Sequence record: NC_047713.1
DNA length: 64,000 bases
Direction: 5' to 3' (one strand)
Shown: positions 35,046 through 43,146 of the stretch, piece by piece
How positions within the stretch are numbered: the first letter of the stretch is position 1
Layout: each line of letters starts with the position of its first letter
The notes under the pieces: model-generated
Databases searched by the model: none
What the model was told of the DNA's origin: nothing
What the model saw: only the letters and a program-made list of their open reading frames with translations
Position numbers and translations under genes: made by a program

Positions 35046-36806
35046 ATGGGAAGGTTATTCGGTTTTTCAATTGAAGAAGACGACATCCAACGCCCTGGAT
35101 CGATAAGTCCGGTTCCCGAAAATAACCAGGATGGTGTAGATTACTATGCCTCTGGTGGTGCGTTTGGTTCTTCTTACGTTGATATTGAAGGTGTATTTAG
35201 AACAGAGTATGATCTGATTCGTAGATACAGAGAAATGGCACTCTACCCCGAAGTGGATTGTGCGGTAGAAGATATTGTCAATGAAGCAATTGTTAGTGAC
35301 CTATATGAATCACCAGTTCAGATTGAACTCAGTAATGTAGATGCTAGTGAGAAAGTAAAGAATATTATTCGTGATGAGTTCAAATACATCAAGGAGATGT
35401 TGGACTTTGATAAGAGAGCACACGAGATTTTCCGTAACTGGTATATCGACGGTCGTATGCACTACCTGAAGGTTATCGACTTCGAGAGACCCCAAGATGG
35501 TATTATGGATCTACGATATATTGATCCTATGAAGATCAAGTTTGTTCGTAAGATCAATAATAAGGCACAAAATAGTCCTATTGCAAGTAAGGTACTAACA
35601 CTAAACAATACTGGAGCACAGATTCCTAACGGTAGAAACGATGCTTTCAGTGCTGGTATTGATGAGTATTATGTTTATACTCCTGGCGCATCTACTGGTG
35701 GTTGTGGAACTGCTGGTATGGCAGTTGGTAACTCAGCACAATCATCCATCAAGATTGCTAAAGATTCAATTGCCTACTGTAACTCTGGTCTAGTTGATAG
35801 GAACGCACAGACAGTTTTGTCCTGGATTCACAAGGCAATCAAAGCGGCCAATCAACTCCGTATGATTGAAGACTCTATTGTTATCTACAGACTATCAAGA
35901 GCACCAGAAAGAAGAATCTTCTATATTGATGTTGGTAATCTACCCAAAGTAAAGGCAGAGCAATACCTACACCAGGTGATGCAGAGATATAGAAATAAGA
36001 TGACGTATAACGCATCTACTGGTGAGATGAAGAGTGATAAGAAAGTACTTTCTATGTTGGAAGACTTCTGGTTGCCTAGAAGAGAAGGTGGTAGAGGAAC
36101 AGAAATCTCTACACTTCCCGGTGGTCAGAACCTAGGTGAGATCAGTGACCTAGAGTATTTTAGGAATAGACTATATGATTCCCTAAACGTACCTCGTTCC
36201 AGACAACCTGGTTCCAGCGATGGTTTTAGTTTGGGACGTTCCAGTGAAATTCTAAGGGATGAAGTTAAGTTCTCCAAGTTCGTAGCTAGACTCCGTAAGA
36301 GATTTGCTGGTCTATTCAATGATATCCTAAAGACTCAACTGATTCTCAAGAATATCATTACTCCCGAAGATTGGGAGATGTTAAAGGATAACATCCAGTA
36401 TGATTTCCTCTATGACAACCATTTTGCCGAACTCAAAGATACTGAACTTATGCAGGAGAGATTCAATCTCCTAGCACAGGCAGAACCTTATATCGGTAAG
36501 TATTATTCCCAACAGTATATCAGAACTAAAATCCTCCGTCAAACTGACGGTGAGATGGTAGAGGAAGATAAGCAAATTGAGAAAGAAATTGAGAGTGGGG
36601 CTATTCCAGATCCCGCTCTTATTGATCCCATTACTGGGGAACAAATGATTCCTGGTGGTGAATCTCCACCTGTTCCAGGAGAAGATCAACCTCAAGATGG
36701 TGTTGGTGGTAAAGCTGAAATGGGAGCCCCTATTCAAGATAATGATGTGAAGGTTAACATTGATCGGTCTACCAAAATGCCTGAAAAGGGATTAGGTGAA
36801 ATCTAA
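35046..36806 (+). CDS. gp20: Portal vertex protein gp20
   Basis: LIRRYREMAL.PE.D.A.EDIVNEAIV, IYRLSRAPERRIFYIDVGNLPKVKAEQYL, MLEDFWLPRREGGRGTEI.TLPGGQNLGE. Confidence 0.97.
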   Translation: MGRLFGFSIEEDDIQRPGSISPVPENNQDGVDYYASGGAFGSSYVDIEGVFRTEYDLIRRYREMALYPEVDCAVEDIVNEAIVSDLYESPVQIELSNVDASEKVKNIIRDEFKYIKEMLDFDKRAHEIFRNWYIDGRMHYLKVIDFERPQDGIMDLRYIDPMKIKFVRKINNKAQNSPIASKVLTLNNTGAQIPNGRNDAFSAGIDEYYVYTPGASTGGCGTAGMAVGNSAQSSIKIAKDSIAYCNSGLVDRNAQTVLSWIHKAIKAANQLRMIEDSIVIYRLSRAPERRIFYIDVGNLPKVKAEQYLHQVMQRYRNKMTYNASTGEMKSDKKVLSMLEDFWLPRREGGRGTEISTLPGGQNLGEISDLEYFRNRLYDSLNVPRSRQPGSSDGFSLGRSSEILRDEVKFSKFVARLRKRFAGLFNDILKTQLILKNIITPEDWEMLKDNIQYDFLYDNHFAELKDTELMQERFNLLAQAEPYIGKYYSQQYIRTKILRQTDGEMVEEDKQIEKEIESGAIPDPALIDPITGEQMIPGGESPPVPGEDQPQDGVGGKAEMGAPIQDNDVKVNIDRSTKMPEKGLGEI

Positions 36807-36837
36807 ACCTAATAAATAAAACATATATCTTTTTATT

Positions 36838-37065
36838 ATGGAAATCGACACATCGGTTGTGGATGCCATTGTGAGTGGTGAAACACCCGCAGGTATTACA
36901 CAATCCATTAAGGATCTTCTGTATGCAAAAGCAAGCGAAAGGGTTGATACCTATCGTGATGTAGTAGCAGACAGAATGTTTGGTGGTTCCGAAGTTCCCG
37001 AAGGGGAAACAGAAGAACCAGTAGCCGAACTTGAGAGTGATGAGGAAGGGGTAGAAGAGGAGTGA
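36838..37065 (+). CDS. Small acidic prohead-core-like protein (75 aa)
   Basis: Located between portal and protease, the T4 gp67/68 position. Contains IKDLLYAK.SE and an acidic tail. Confidence 0.7.
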   Translation: MEIDTSVVDAIVSGETPAGITQSIKDLLYAKASERVDTYRDVVADRMFGGSEVPEGETEEPVAELESDEEGVEEE

Positions 37066-37319
37066 TTAAGATTGTATTCTCCGAGGTTGATAGTCCAACG
37101 GACTCTGACCAGGCAATCAGTCTCAACAACTCTAGTGGTGTTAGGGCAATTAATTGTTCTAAAAAACCATATCTACTCTACCTAATCGATAACATAAGTG
37201 GAGAGACTAGATCACTTACATTAGTGAGTAATGAAAGTCTTATCCTTAAAAAACACAGTTACGATAAGGTATATGCTTCATCGAAAACTGTTCGTATCGC
37301 TGGAGTAAGCATCTACTAA
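37062..37319 (+). CDS. Small beta-rich hypothetical protein (85 aa, GTG start)
   Basis: GTGA overlap with the previous stop; ends 1 nt before gp21. Confidence 0.65.
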   Translation: MIKIVFSEVDSPTDSDQAISLNNSSGVRAINCSKKPYLLYLIDNISGETRSLTLVSNESLILKKHSYDKVYASSKTVRIAGVSIY

Positions 37320-37320
37320 C

Positions 37321-37971
37321 ATGAAACTAATTACAGAAGAAATTAACAAGGTTGAATTTATTGTCGAAGAAAACAATGGCAAACAGTCATGTTTTATTGA
37401 GGGAAACTTCCTTCAGGGCAATATTAAAAACCGAAATGGTCGTGTCTATAGAACCGAGACACTAGCCCGTGAAGTTGCCCGTTACAATGAACAGTATGTT
37501 CAGAACGGACGCGCTCTCGGTGAACTTGGGCATCCTGATGGACCCACAGTTAACTTAGACCGAGTATCACATAACATTATTTCACTTCGTCAAGAGGGAA
37601 ATAATTTCATAGGTAAGGCAAAACTTCTTGATACTCCTATGGGAAATATCGCTAAGAGCCTTATTGGTGAAGGTGTTAAGCTTGGTGTTTCTTCTCGTGG
37701 TGTTGGTTCCATTAGTGAAACGAAGCAAGGATATAAGCTTGTTGGTGAAGACTTTATGTTGGCAACCGCAGCTGATATTGTAGCTGATCCTAGTGCCCCA
37801 GACGCTTTTGTTCAGGGTATCATGGAAGGAAAAGAGTGGGTTTTTGTTAATGGACTCTTGAGAGAGAGTGACATTAAGAGCACACAGTCTACAATTGACA
37901 AACTAGTTGTCACAAGGGAACTTGAAGAGAAGAAGGTTCAACTTTTTCAAGATTTCCTTTCAAATCTATAA
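37321..37971 (+). CDS. gp21: Prohead core protease gp21
   Basis: MKLITEE, IEG.FLQG.IKNRNGR.Y, RALGELGHP.GPT.NLDRVSH, LGVSSRG.GS, DIVADPSAPDAFV.GIMEGKEW. Confidence 0.97.
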   Translation: MKLITEEINKVEFIVEENNGKQSCFIEGNFLQGNIKNRNGRVYRTETLAREVARYNEQYVQNGRALGELGHPDGPTVNLDRVSHNIISLRQEGNNFIGKAKLLDTPMGNIAKSLIGEGVKLGVSSRGVGSISETKQGYKLVGEDFMLATAADIVADPSAPDAFVQGIMEGKEWVFVNGLLRESDIKSTQSTIDKLVVTRELEEKKVQLFQDFLSNL

Positions 37972-37975
37972 ACTC

Positions 37976-37983
37976 TATAAATA
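37976..37983 (+). promoter_or_regulatory. T4-type late promoter TATAAATA upstream of gp22
   Basis: Exact consensus immediately after the gp21 stop. Confidence 0.75.
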
Positions 37984-38040
37984 AACATAGATTTATATTA
38001 TATAAATTACACTCGTCGGTAGCAACCTATTTTACAAGAC

Positions 38041-39144
38041 ATGGAAAACGTAGTAACGAAAGGTGCTAAGTCGGCTGAGGCTATGGATAAAGTCTCACCC
38101 AGCGTAGTACCCGGACAGTCAATCACCGATCTCGGTGGTCCTACTCCCGAAAACTATACTAATGAGCCTGACGGCTCTGCGAAGCTTAATGACGCCGGTG
38201 GTCCCCTCAAGAAAGTTGAGGATGTGGTCACCAAAGGCGCTAAGAAGTCAGAAGGTATGGAAAAGGCATCCCCAGAACCACCATCTGGTGGAACAACTGA
38301 TGCCCGATCCGCTTCTTCACAAGCTGAGAAAGTAACAACCAAACCCCCCGGTCAAACCACTAAGGAAGAGACTGAGGTAGAGGAAGAGGAAGTTCTTATT
38401 TCAGAAATTGATATTGAAGAAGACGTAACTGCACTTCTAAGTGGTGAGGAGCTCTCTGAAGAATTTCAGAGTAAGGCTCGTACCATCTTTGAAGCGGCCA
38501 TCCGTAACAAGGTTGCTATCGCTAAAGAAGAACTCCAAGTAGCATACGAAACTCGCCTAGTTGAAGAACTAGAGCTAGTACGTGAGTCAGTCGCTAGTCG
38601 AGTTGACGCATACTTAGAGTACGTAGCCGATGAGTGGATGGCTGAAAATGCCATCGCCGTCGAACATGGACTAAGAACTGAAATGACAGAGAGCTTTATC
38701 TCTGGCATGAAGCAACTATTTGACAGTCACTATGTTTCAATCCCTGAAGAGAGATTTGATGTAGTAGAGTCCATGGTTGAGAAACTTGATGAAATGGAAG
38801 AAAAACTCAATGAGCAAATTGAGCGTAACATCACCCTAAACAGCCGTTTAGGTCAAACTGTTGCTGAAGGTATCTTCATAGAAGTATCTGAAGGATTAGC
38901 TGAAACCCAAAAGGATAAGCTTATCGCCCTTGCTGAAAACGTTGAGTTTGATAGTGAAGCAGGTTATCGTGAGAAACTAGAGAGTCTCAAGGAATCTTAT
39001 TTCCCTGGTAGACCCTCAACTATCGCGAGCAGAAACAGTGTAGAGGACCTTACTGAAGAGGTTAACGTTGGTGGGGAAGCCCGTCAGGTTACCGGTTCAA
39101 TGGCCGCCTACCTACAGACACTCGATAGAGTTTCTAAAAAGTGA
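38041..39144 (+). CDS. gp22: Prohead core scaffold protein gp22
   Basis: EEDV.ALL.GEELSEEF..KA.TIFEAAI, VDAYLEYV..EWM.EN..A.E.GLRTE..ESF..GMK.LF. The N-terminal extension has a duplicated VVTKGAK motif. Confidence 0.93.
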   Translation: MENVVTKGAKSAEAMDKVSPSVVPGQSITDLGGPTPENYTNEPDGSAKLNDAGGPLKKVEDVVTKGAKKSEGMEKASPEPPSGGTTDARSASSQAEKVTTKPPGQTTKEETEVEEEEVLISEIDIEEDVTALLSGEELSEEFQSKARTIFEAAIRNKVAIAKEELQVAYETRLVEELELVRESVASRVDAYLEYVADEWMAENAIAVEHGLRTEMTESFISGMKQLFDSHYVSIPEERFDVVESMVEKLDEMEEKLNEQIERNITLNSRLGQTVAEGIFIEVSEGLAETQKDKLIALAENVEFDSEAGYREKLESLKESYFPGRPSTIASRNSVEDLTEEVNVGGEARQVTGSMAAYLQTLDRVSKK

Positions 39145-39197
39145 ATTCTAAATTATTAGATCAAACAAAACATTTTTAACAATAGGTTTTAAAACAA

Positions 39198-40601
39198 ATG
39201 TACAATTCCGCAAACTCCGAATTTCTCCAGGAGAAGTGGGCACCAATCCTCGAGCACGGTGAGTCCATCCAGGACGCACACAAGCGTGCCGTAACTGCCC
39301 AACTTCTAGAGAACCAGGAAGTAGCCCTTTCCGAAGAGCGTGCTTTCCTTTCAGAAGCTCCAACAGTAAACACCGACCCTAACGCAACTGGCAACGCTGG
39401 TTTCTCTGGTAATGGTGATCAATCAGTAGCTGGTTTCGATCCAGTACTCATCAGCCTCATCCGTCGTTCAATGCCTAACTTGATGGCATACGACCTTTGT
39501 GGTGTTCAGCCAATGAACGGTCCTACCGGTCTTATCTTCGCGATGAGAAGCCGTTATGACTCACAGACAGGCGACGAGACCTTCTACAACGAAGTCAACT
39601 CTGCCTTCTCCGCACAGAACCAGTCCGGTACAGCTACTCAGGGTAACTACTCTGGTCAGGTTGGCGCTGGTAACACAGTTGGTTTCGGTACAACCGCACA
39701 ACGTGGTTCTAACCCCTCCATCCTCAACCCAGAGCCCGGTGACCAAGTTGGTTACAACGTAGGTCAGGGTATGTTGACCCAGGACGCTGAGAACCTTGGC
39801 GAAACTGGTACAGAGTTCAATGAGATGGGCTTCTCAATCGAGAAGGTCACCGTAACTGCTAAGTCACGGGCACTCAAGGCTCAGTACAGCATGGAATTGG
39901 CTCAGGATCTCAAAGCGATCCACGGTCTAAACGCCGAAGCTGAACTATCTAACATCCTCGCCTCTGAAATTCTTTCAGAGATCAACAGAGAAGTTGTTAG
40001 AACTATCTACAAGTCAGCTGTATTCGGTGCTCAGAACAACGTAGCCACTCCTGGTGTATTTGACCTAGACGTTGACTCCAATGGTCGTTGGTCAGTTGAG
40101 AAGTTCAAAGGACTTATCTTCCAGATCGAAAGAGACGCTAACGCGATCGCGCAACAAACTCGTAGAGGAAAGGGTAACTTCATCCTTTGTTCCGCGGATG
40201 TTGCTTCAGCTCTAACCATGGCTGGTGTACTTGACTACACCCCAGCACTCAACGCTAACCTTAACGTTGATGACACCGGTAACACCTTCGCTGGTGTTCT
40301 ACAAGGTAAGTATAGAGTCTACATTGACCCATACGCAGCTAACGTCAGCAACAACCAGTACTATGTCGCTGGTTACAAAGGTTCCTCACCTTATGACGCT
40401 GGTCTCTTTTATTGCCCCTATGTCCCACTACAGATGGTACGTAGCGTCGGTCAGGACACCTTCCAGCCACGTATCGGATTTAAGACCCGTTACGGTATGG
40501 TCGCAAACCCATTCGCAGAAGGTCTTGAAGCTGGCTATGGCCGCATCACTCCTAACAGTAACGTCTACTACAGACGCGTTCAAGTGAAGAACTTGATGTG
40601 A
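39198..40601 (+). CDS. gp23: Major capsid protein gp23
   Basis: LQEKWAPIL, AGFDPVLISLIRRSMPNL.AYD.CGVQPM.GPTGLIFAMR, AKSRALKA.YS.ELAQDLKAIHGL.AE.ELSNIL, FYCPYVPLQM, YYRRV.VKNLM. Confidence 0.98.
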   Translation: MYNSANSEFLQEKWAPILEHGESIQDAHKRAVTAQLLENQEVALSEERAFLSEAPTVNTDPNATGNAGFSGNGDQSVAGFDPVLISLIRRSMPNLMAYDLCGVQPMNGPTGLIFAMRSRYDSQTGDETFYNEVNSAFSAQNQSGTATQGNYSGQVGAGNTVGFGTTAQRGSNPSILNPEPGDQVGYNVGQGMLTQDAENLGETGTEFNEMGFSIEKVTVTAKSRALKAQYSMELAQDLKAIHGLNAEAELSNILASEILSEINREVVRTIYKSAVFGAQNNVATPGVFDLDVDSNGRWSVEKFKGLIFQIERDANAIAQQTRRGKGNFILCSADVASALTMAGVLDYTPALNANLNVDDTGNTFAGVLQGKYRVYIDPYAANVSNNQYYVAGYKGSSPYDAGLFYCPYVPLQMVRSVGQDTFQPRIGFKTRYGMVANPFAEGLEAGYGRITPNSNVYYRRVQVKNLM

Positions 40602-40643
40602 TCCAATAGCTCCGACGAGTTTTATCACATCAAACACTTACTG

Positions 40644-40652
40644 TGTTATACT
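40644..40652 (+). promoter_or_regulatory. Extended -10 sigma70-type promoter TG-T-TATACT abutting the gp23 terminator
   Basis: TGnTATACT at 40644-40652. The same 12-mer TGTGTTATACTT recurs at 41106-41117. Confidence 0.5.
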
Positions 40653-40653
40653 T

Positions 40654-40679
40654 GGGGGACTTCGGTCCCCCTTTTTTTT
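40654..40679 (+). terminator. Rho-independent terminator after gp23 (cUUCGg tetraloop)
   Basis: GGGGGAC-TTCG-GTCCCCC followed by 8 T. Confidence 0.92.
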
Positions 40680-40684
40680 GTGCT

Positions 40685-41023
40685 ATGGATGAATTCAGTT
40701 GGTTTGTAGGTTTATATGAAGGTGAGGGGTGTCTATACTCCCGTAGGATCAAGAGAACCGTTAAGGGTAAGACTTACCACAGTATTGAGATAGCACTCAC
40801 TATCAAGATGGTGGATGAAGATGTTATTGATAGGGCAGCAAAGTTTCTCGGTAACTCCTACCACTCAGTCAAACCAAATCCAGGATGCAAACCACTATTC
40901 AGAGTAAGAAAGAATGGTGGACTGAATGGCAAGTTGAGAACACTCCTAGAAGAAATGAGACCACACCTATCAAAAAGAAGACAGGAACAACTAGATACCA
41001 AAATCAACCAACACAAATCATAA
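40685..41023 (+). CDS. Free-standing single-motif LAGLIDADG endonuclease-like protein (112 aa)
   Basis: The N-terminal helix FSWFVGLYEGEGC matches the LAGLIDADG pattern. It is followed by basic beta-strands, MVDEDVIDRAAKFLG and a L..MRPHL.KRR end. Start placed at the ATG after the terminator. Confidence 0.7.
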   Translation: MDEFSWFVGLYEGEGCLYSRRIKRTVKGKTYHSIEIALTIKMVDEDVIDRAAKFLGNSYHSVKPNPGCKPLFRVRKNGGLNGKLRTLLEEMRPHLSKRRQEQLDTKINQHKS

Positions 41024-41075
41024 ATTAAAGTGGTGATATCCCTACATCATGTTGCCGGACGCAAATACTTAATGT

Positions 41076-41083
41076 TATAAATA
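41076..41083 (+). promoter_or_regulatory. T4-type late promoter TATAAATA upstream of the beta-barrel gene
   Basis: Exact consensus, intergenic. Confidence 0.7.
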
Positions 41084-41143
41084 CTAGGAATACATACCTA
41101 GTGTATGTGTTATACTTAACAGTCCGTATTCGGAGAAGAATTA

Positions 41144-41551
41144 ATGAGTCTTAAAATGATTGCGCTAGCTAGTCTAGCTGCCCCCGCTGCACTACTAGCA
41201 GCACCTTCAGCACAAGCTGAAGTAATCTTTGCTGGCGAACCACAAGAACTAAGTGGTTTCTATGTAACCACCGAAGCCAACTCTGGTTGGACCGGTGATG
41301 ACTACAGAGGATCCATCATTGATGTTCGCGCTGGTTACGAAGCCGCACTTACAGACACAATCGACGCATATGTCGAAGTAGGTCCTGCCTTCCTAATGCC
41401 TGATGGTAGTGACAACACAACCGAAGTCGGAGCTGAGGTAGGTGCATCTATTGCCGCCACCGATCACCTAGAATTCTACGGAGAATTCGAAGTCATCTCT
41501 GGTGATCTTAATGATTATGGCACCAAGTTTGGCGCTACATATCGCTTTTAG
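41144..41551 (+). CDS. Secreted small outer-membrane beta-barrel-like protein (135 aa)
   Basis: Signal peptide ending in AQA|E, amphipathic alternating strands, and a C-terminal GTKFGATYRF with terminal Phe (BAM-type beta-signal). Confidence 0.75.
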   Translation: MSLKMIALASLAAPAALLAAPSAQAEVIFAGEPQELSGFYVTTEANSGWTGDDYRGSIIDVRAGYEAALTDTIDAYVEVGPAFLMPDGSDNTTEVGAEVGASIAATDHLEFYGEFEVISGDLNDYGTKFGATYRF

Positions 41552-41588
41552 TGTTATAATGTAAGTAGCTTGGGAAGCTGAGTTACTC

Positions 41589-41616
41589 ACCCCTACCCAA
41601 GCGGTGGGGGTTTTTT
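41589..41616 (+). terminator. Rho-independent terminator after the beta-barrel gene
   Basis: ACCCCTACC-CAAGC-GGTGGGGGT (one G-U pair) followed by a T run. Confidence 0.8.
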
Positions 41617-41635
41617 ATTGCCTAGATAAACAACT

Positions 41636-41896
41636 ATGAACGGATCATTAGACCCAGACGAAAGAGTGTTGAGTGCTAACTCCAAACTATCAGAAGTACC
41701 AGTATCCCTACAAAGGGCTATTGATATTCTTGGTTGGGATGATGTAGACGACATTCGTGTAGAGATTGGTGGATGTGCTACTAGTGGTATTCACCAGAAA
41801 GAAGACGCAAACCCAAAGTGGTCTCGTGAATTTGGTGATACTGTCTATAACAAGGACGCGTTTATTGTTATCAAAAATAGAAGCAGAAGTCAATGA
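41636..41896 (+). CDS. Hypothetical protein (86 aa)
   Basis: Clean ORF, ATGA-coupled to gp3. Confidence 0.7.
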   Translation: MNGSLDPDERVLSANSKLSEVPVSLQRAIDILGWDDVDDIRVEIGGCATSGIHQKEDANPKWSREFGDTVYNKDAFIVIKNRSRSQ

Positions 41897-42474
41897 CCAA
41901 CATCTACTACAAACAACTAGATAATAGAAACTTTATGAGTCCTATTGGATTCCAGTTTTCTATTGCTAGATATCCTAAAGTTTCTTTCTTTAGTAATAAA
42001 GCAGGACTACCTGAGATTCGTTTGGGTGGGGCAGAACAAGCCAACTATCTAAAACAGATTATGCACCCTGGAGACAGGGTAGAGTATGGTGAACTCAATA
42101 TTGAGTTCCTAGTGGACGAAGATATGTTGAACTATACTCTCATTCATAACTGGATTACTGGATTGGGATTCCCAGAGACTCCCCAACAATTCAAAGATAT
42201 CACCACCAATCAAAAAGGTGAAGATGATATGAAGATCCAGTATAGTGATGGAACACTTGCTATTTTGAATAGTAACTATAATACTATTGCGAAAGTTAAG
42301 TTCTGGGATCTATATCCCACTTCACTATCAACTCTTGAGTTCTCTGCTACAGATGCTGATATCAATTACTTCATTGCAAGTACAACATTCAGTTTCTTGT
42401 ACTATCAGATCTTGGGTAAGGATAATGAACCCCTAACTCCTGAATTTGTAAACCAATCATTGAATACTCGATGA
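41893..42474 (+). CDS. gp3: Tail completion/sheath stabiliser gp3
   Basis: NRNF.SP.GF.FSI..YPKVSFF...A.LP.I.LG, PGD.VEY..L.IEFLVDED..NY..IHNW..GLG, F..LYPTSLSTLEF. Confidence 0.88.
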   Translation: MTNIYYKQLDNRNFMSPIGFQFSIARYPKVSFFSNKAGLPEIRLGGAEQANYLKQIMHPGDRVEYGELNIEFLVDEDMLNYTLIHNWITGLGFPETPQQFKDITTNQKGEDDMKIQYSDGTLAILNSNYNTIAKVKFWDLYPTSLSTLEFSATDADINYFIASTTFSFLYYQILGKDNEPLTPEFVNQSLNTR

Positions 42475-42905
42475 ACCTTGATGAACTTCAATCCATGTGG
42501 GAGCGTGACTCCAAGATGGATATGGATAACTTACACGATGAATCACTAAAGATACCCCAACTTCACCAGAAATACTTTACCCTGTATACTACTACCAAAC
42601 TTCTAAAGAAGAAGGCAGAGGATACTATCAGTAAGGTGAGGTTGGAACGCCACAACTACTATAGTGGCAAAGCTTCCGCAGAGGTATATGTGGAGGAACC
42701 CTTTCCATATAAGGTAAGGGACAAAGAATCTATGAACCTACACCTGAACGCAGATGAAAAACTGACGAAGGTGAAGTTGAAAATACAGTATTACGAAATG
42801 ATGTTGGAGTATCTTGAGGATGTCCTCAGGATGATTCATGCACGTGGATACCAAATTAAAAACAGTATAGATTTCCTCCGGTTCCAAGCAGGGATCGGCA
42901 TGTAA
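42471..42905 (+). CDS. uvsY: Recombination mediator UvsY
   Basis: MNLD.LQ.MW..DS.MD..NL..ESL.IP.LH.KY, YYSGKA, ADE.L, I..R.YQIKN.I.F.RFQAG. Confidence 0.92.
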   Translation: MNLDELQSMWERDSKMDMDNLHDESLKIPQLHQKYFTLYTTTKLLKKKAEDTISKVRLERHNYYSGKASAEVYVEEPFPYKVRDKESMNLHLNADEKLTKVKLKIQYYEMMLEYLEDVLRMIHARGYQIKNSIDFLRFQAGIGM

Positions 42906-42910
42906 CAACT

Positions 42911-43099
42911 ATGAAACAATACGACTACTCAGTAGATCTCACAATAGCTGATGTAAAACTCATCCACCATTGTGTAACCAAGAGGATTGAAATGTGGGAG
43001 GGTTCTCCTGCACGTCCCCCAGAAGAACAAGAACACTTGTGGGCACTAAGGGATGGGTTTTTCACTATCATCCTAGAAGAAACATTTAATAGAAAGTAA
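42911..43099 (+). CDS. Hypothetical protein (62 aa)
   Basis: Fills the uvsY-uvsW gap; contains WEGSPARPPEEQEHLW.LR. Confidence 0.7.
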   Translation: MKQYDYSVDLTIADVKLIHHCVTKRIEMWEGSPARPPEEQEHLWALRDGFFTIILEETFNRK

Positions 43100-43146
43100 T
43101 ACTATTTGATGGCATATACATACTAATAGGTTATGCCTATTACATT

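Noticed and set aside
40225-40587. 120-aa off-frame plus-strand ORF inside gp23
   Set aside because: It is fully nested in the highly conserved major capsid gene, with no RBS or motif; probably a by-product of codon bias.
40643-40684. Track start (GTG 40643) for the LAGLIDADG ORF
   Set aside because: This segment is the promoter and terminator hairpin; ATG 40685 just before the LAGLIDADG helix is more plausible.
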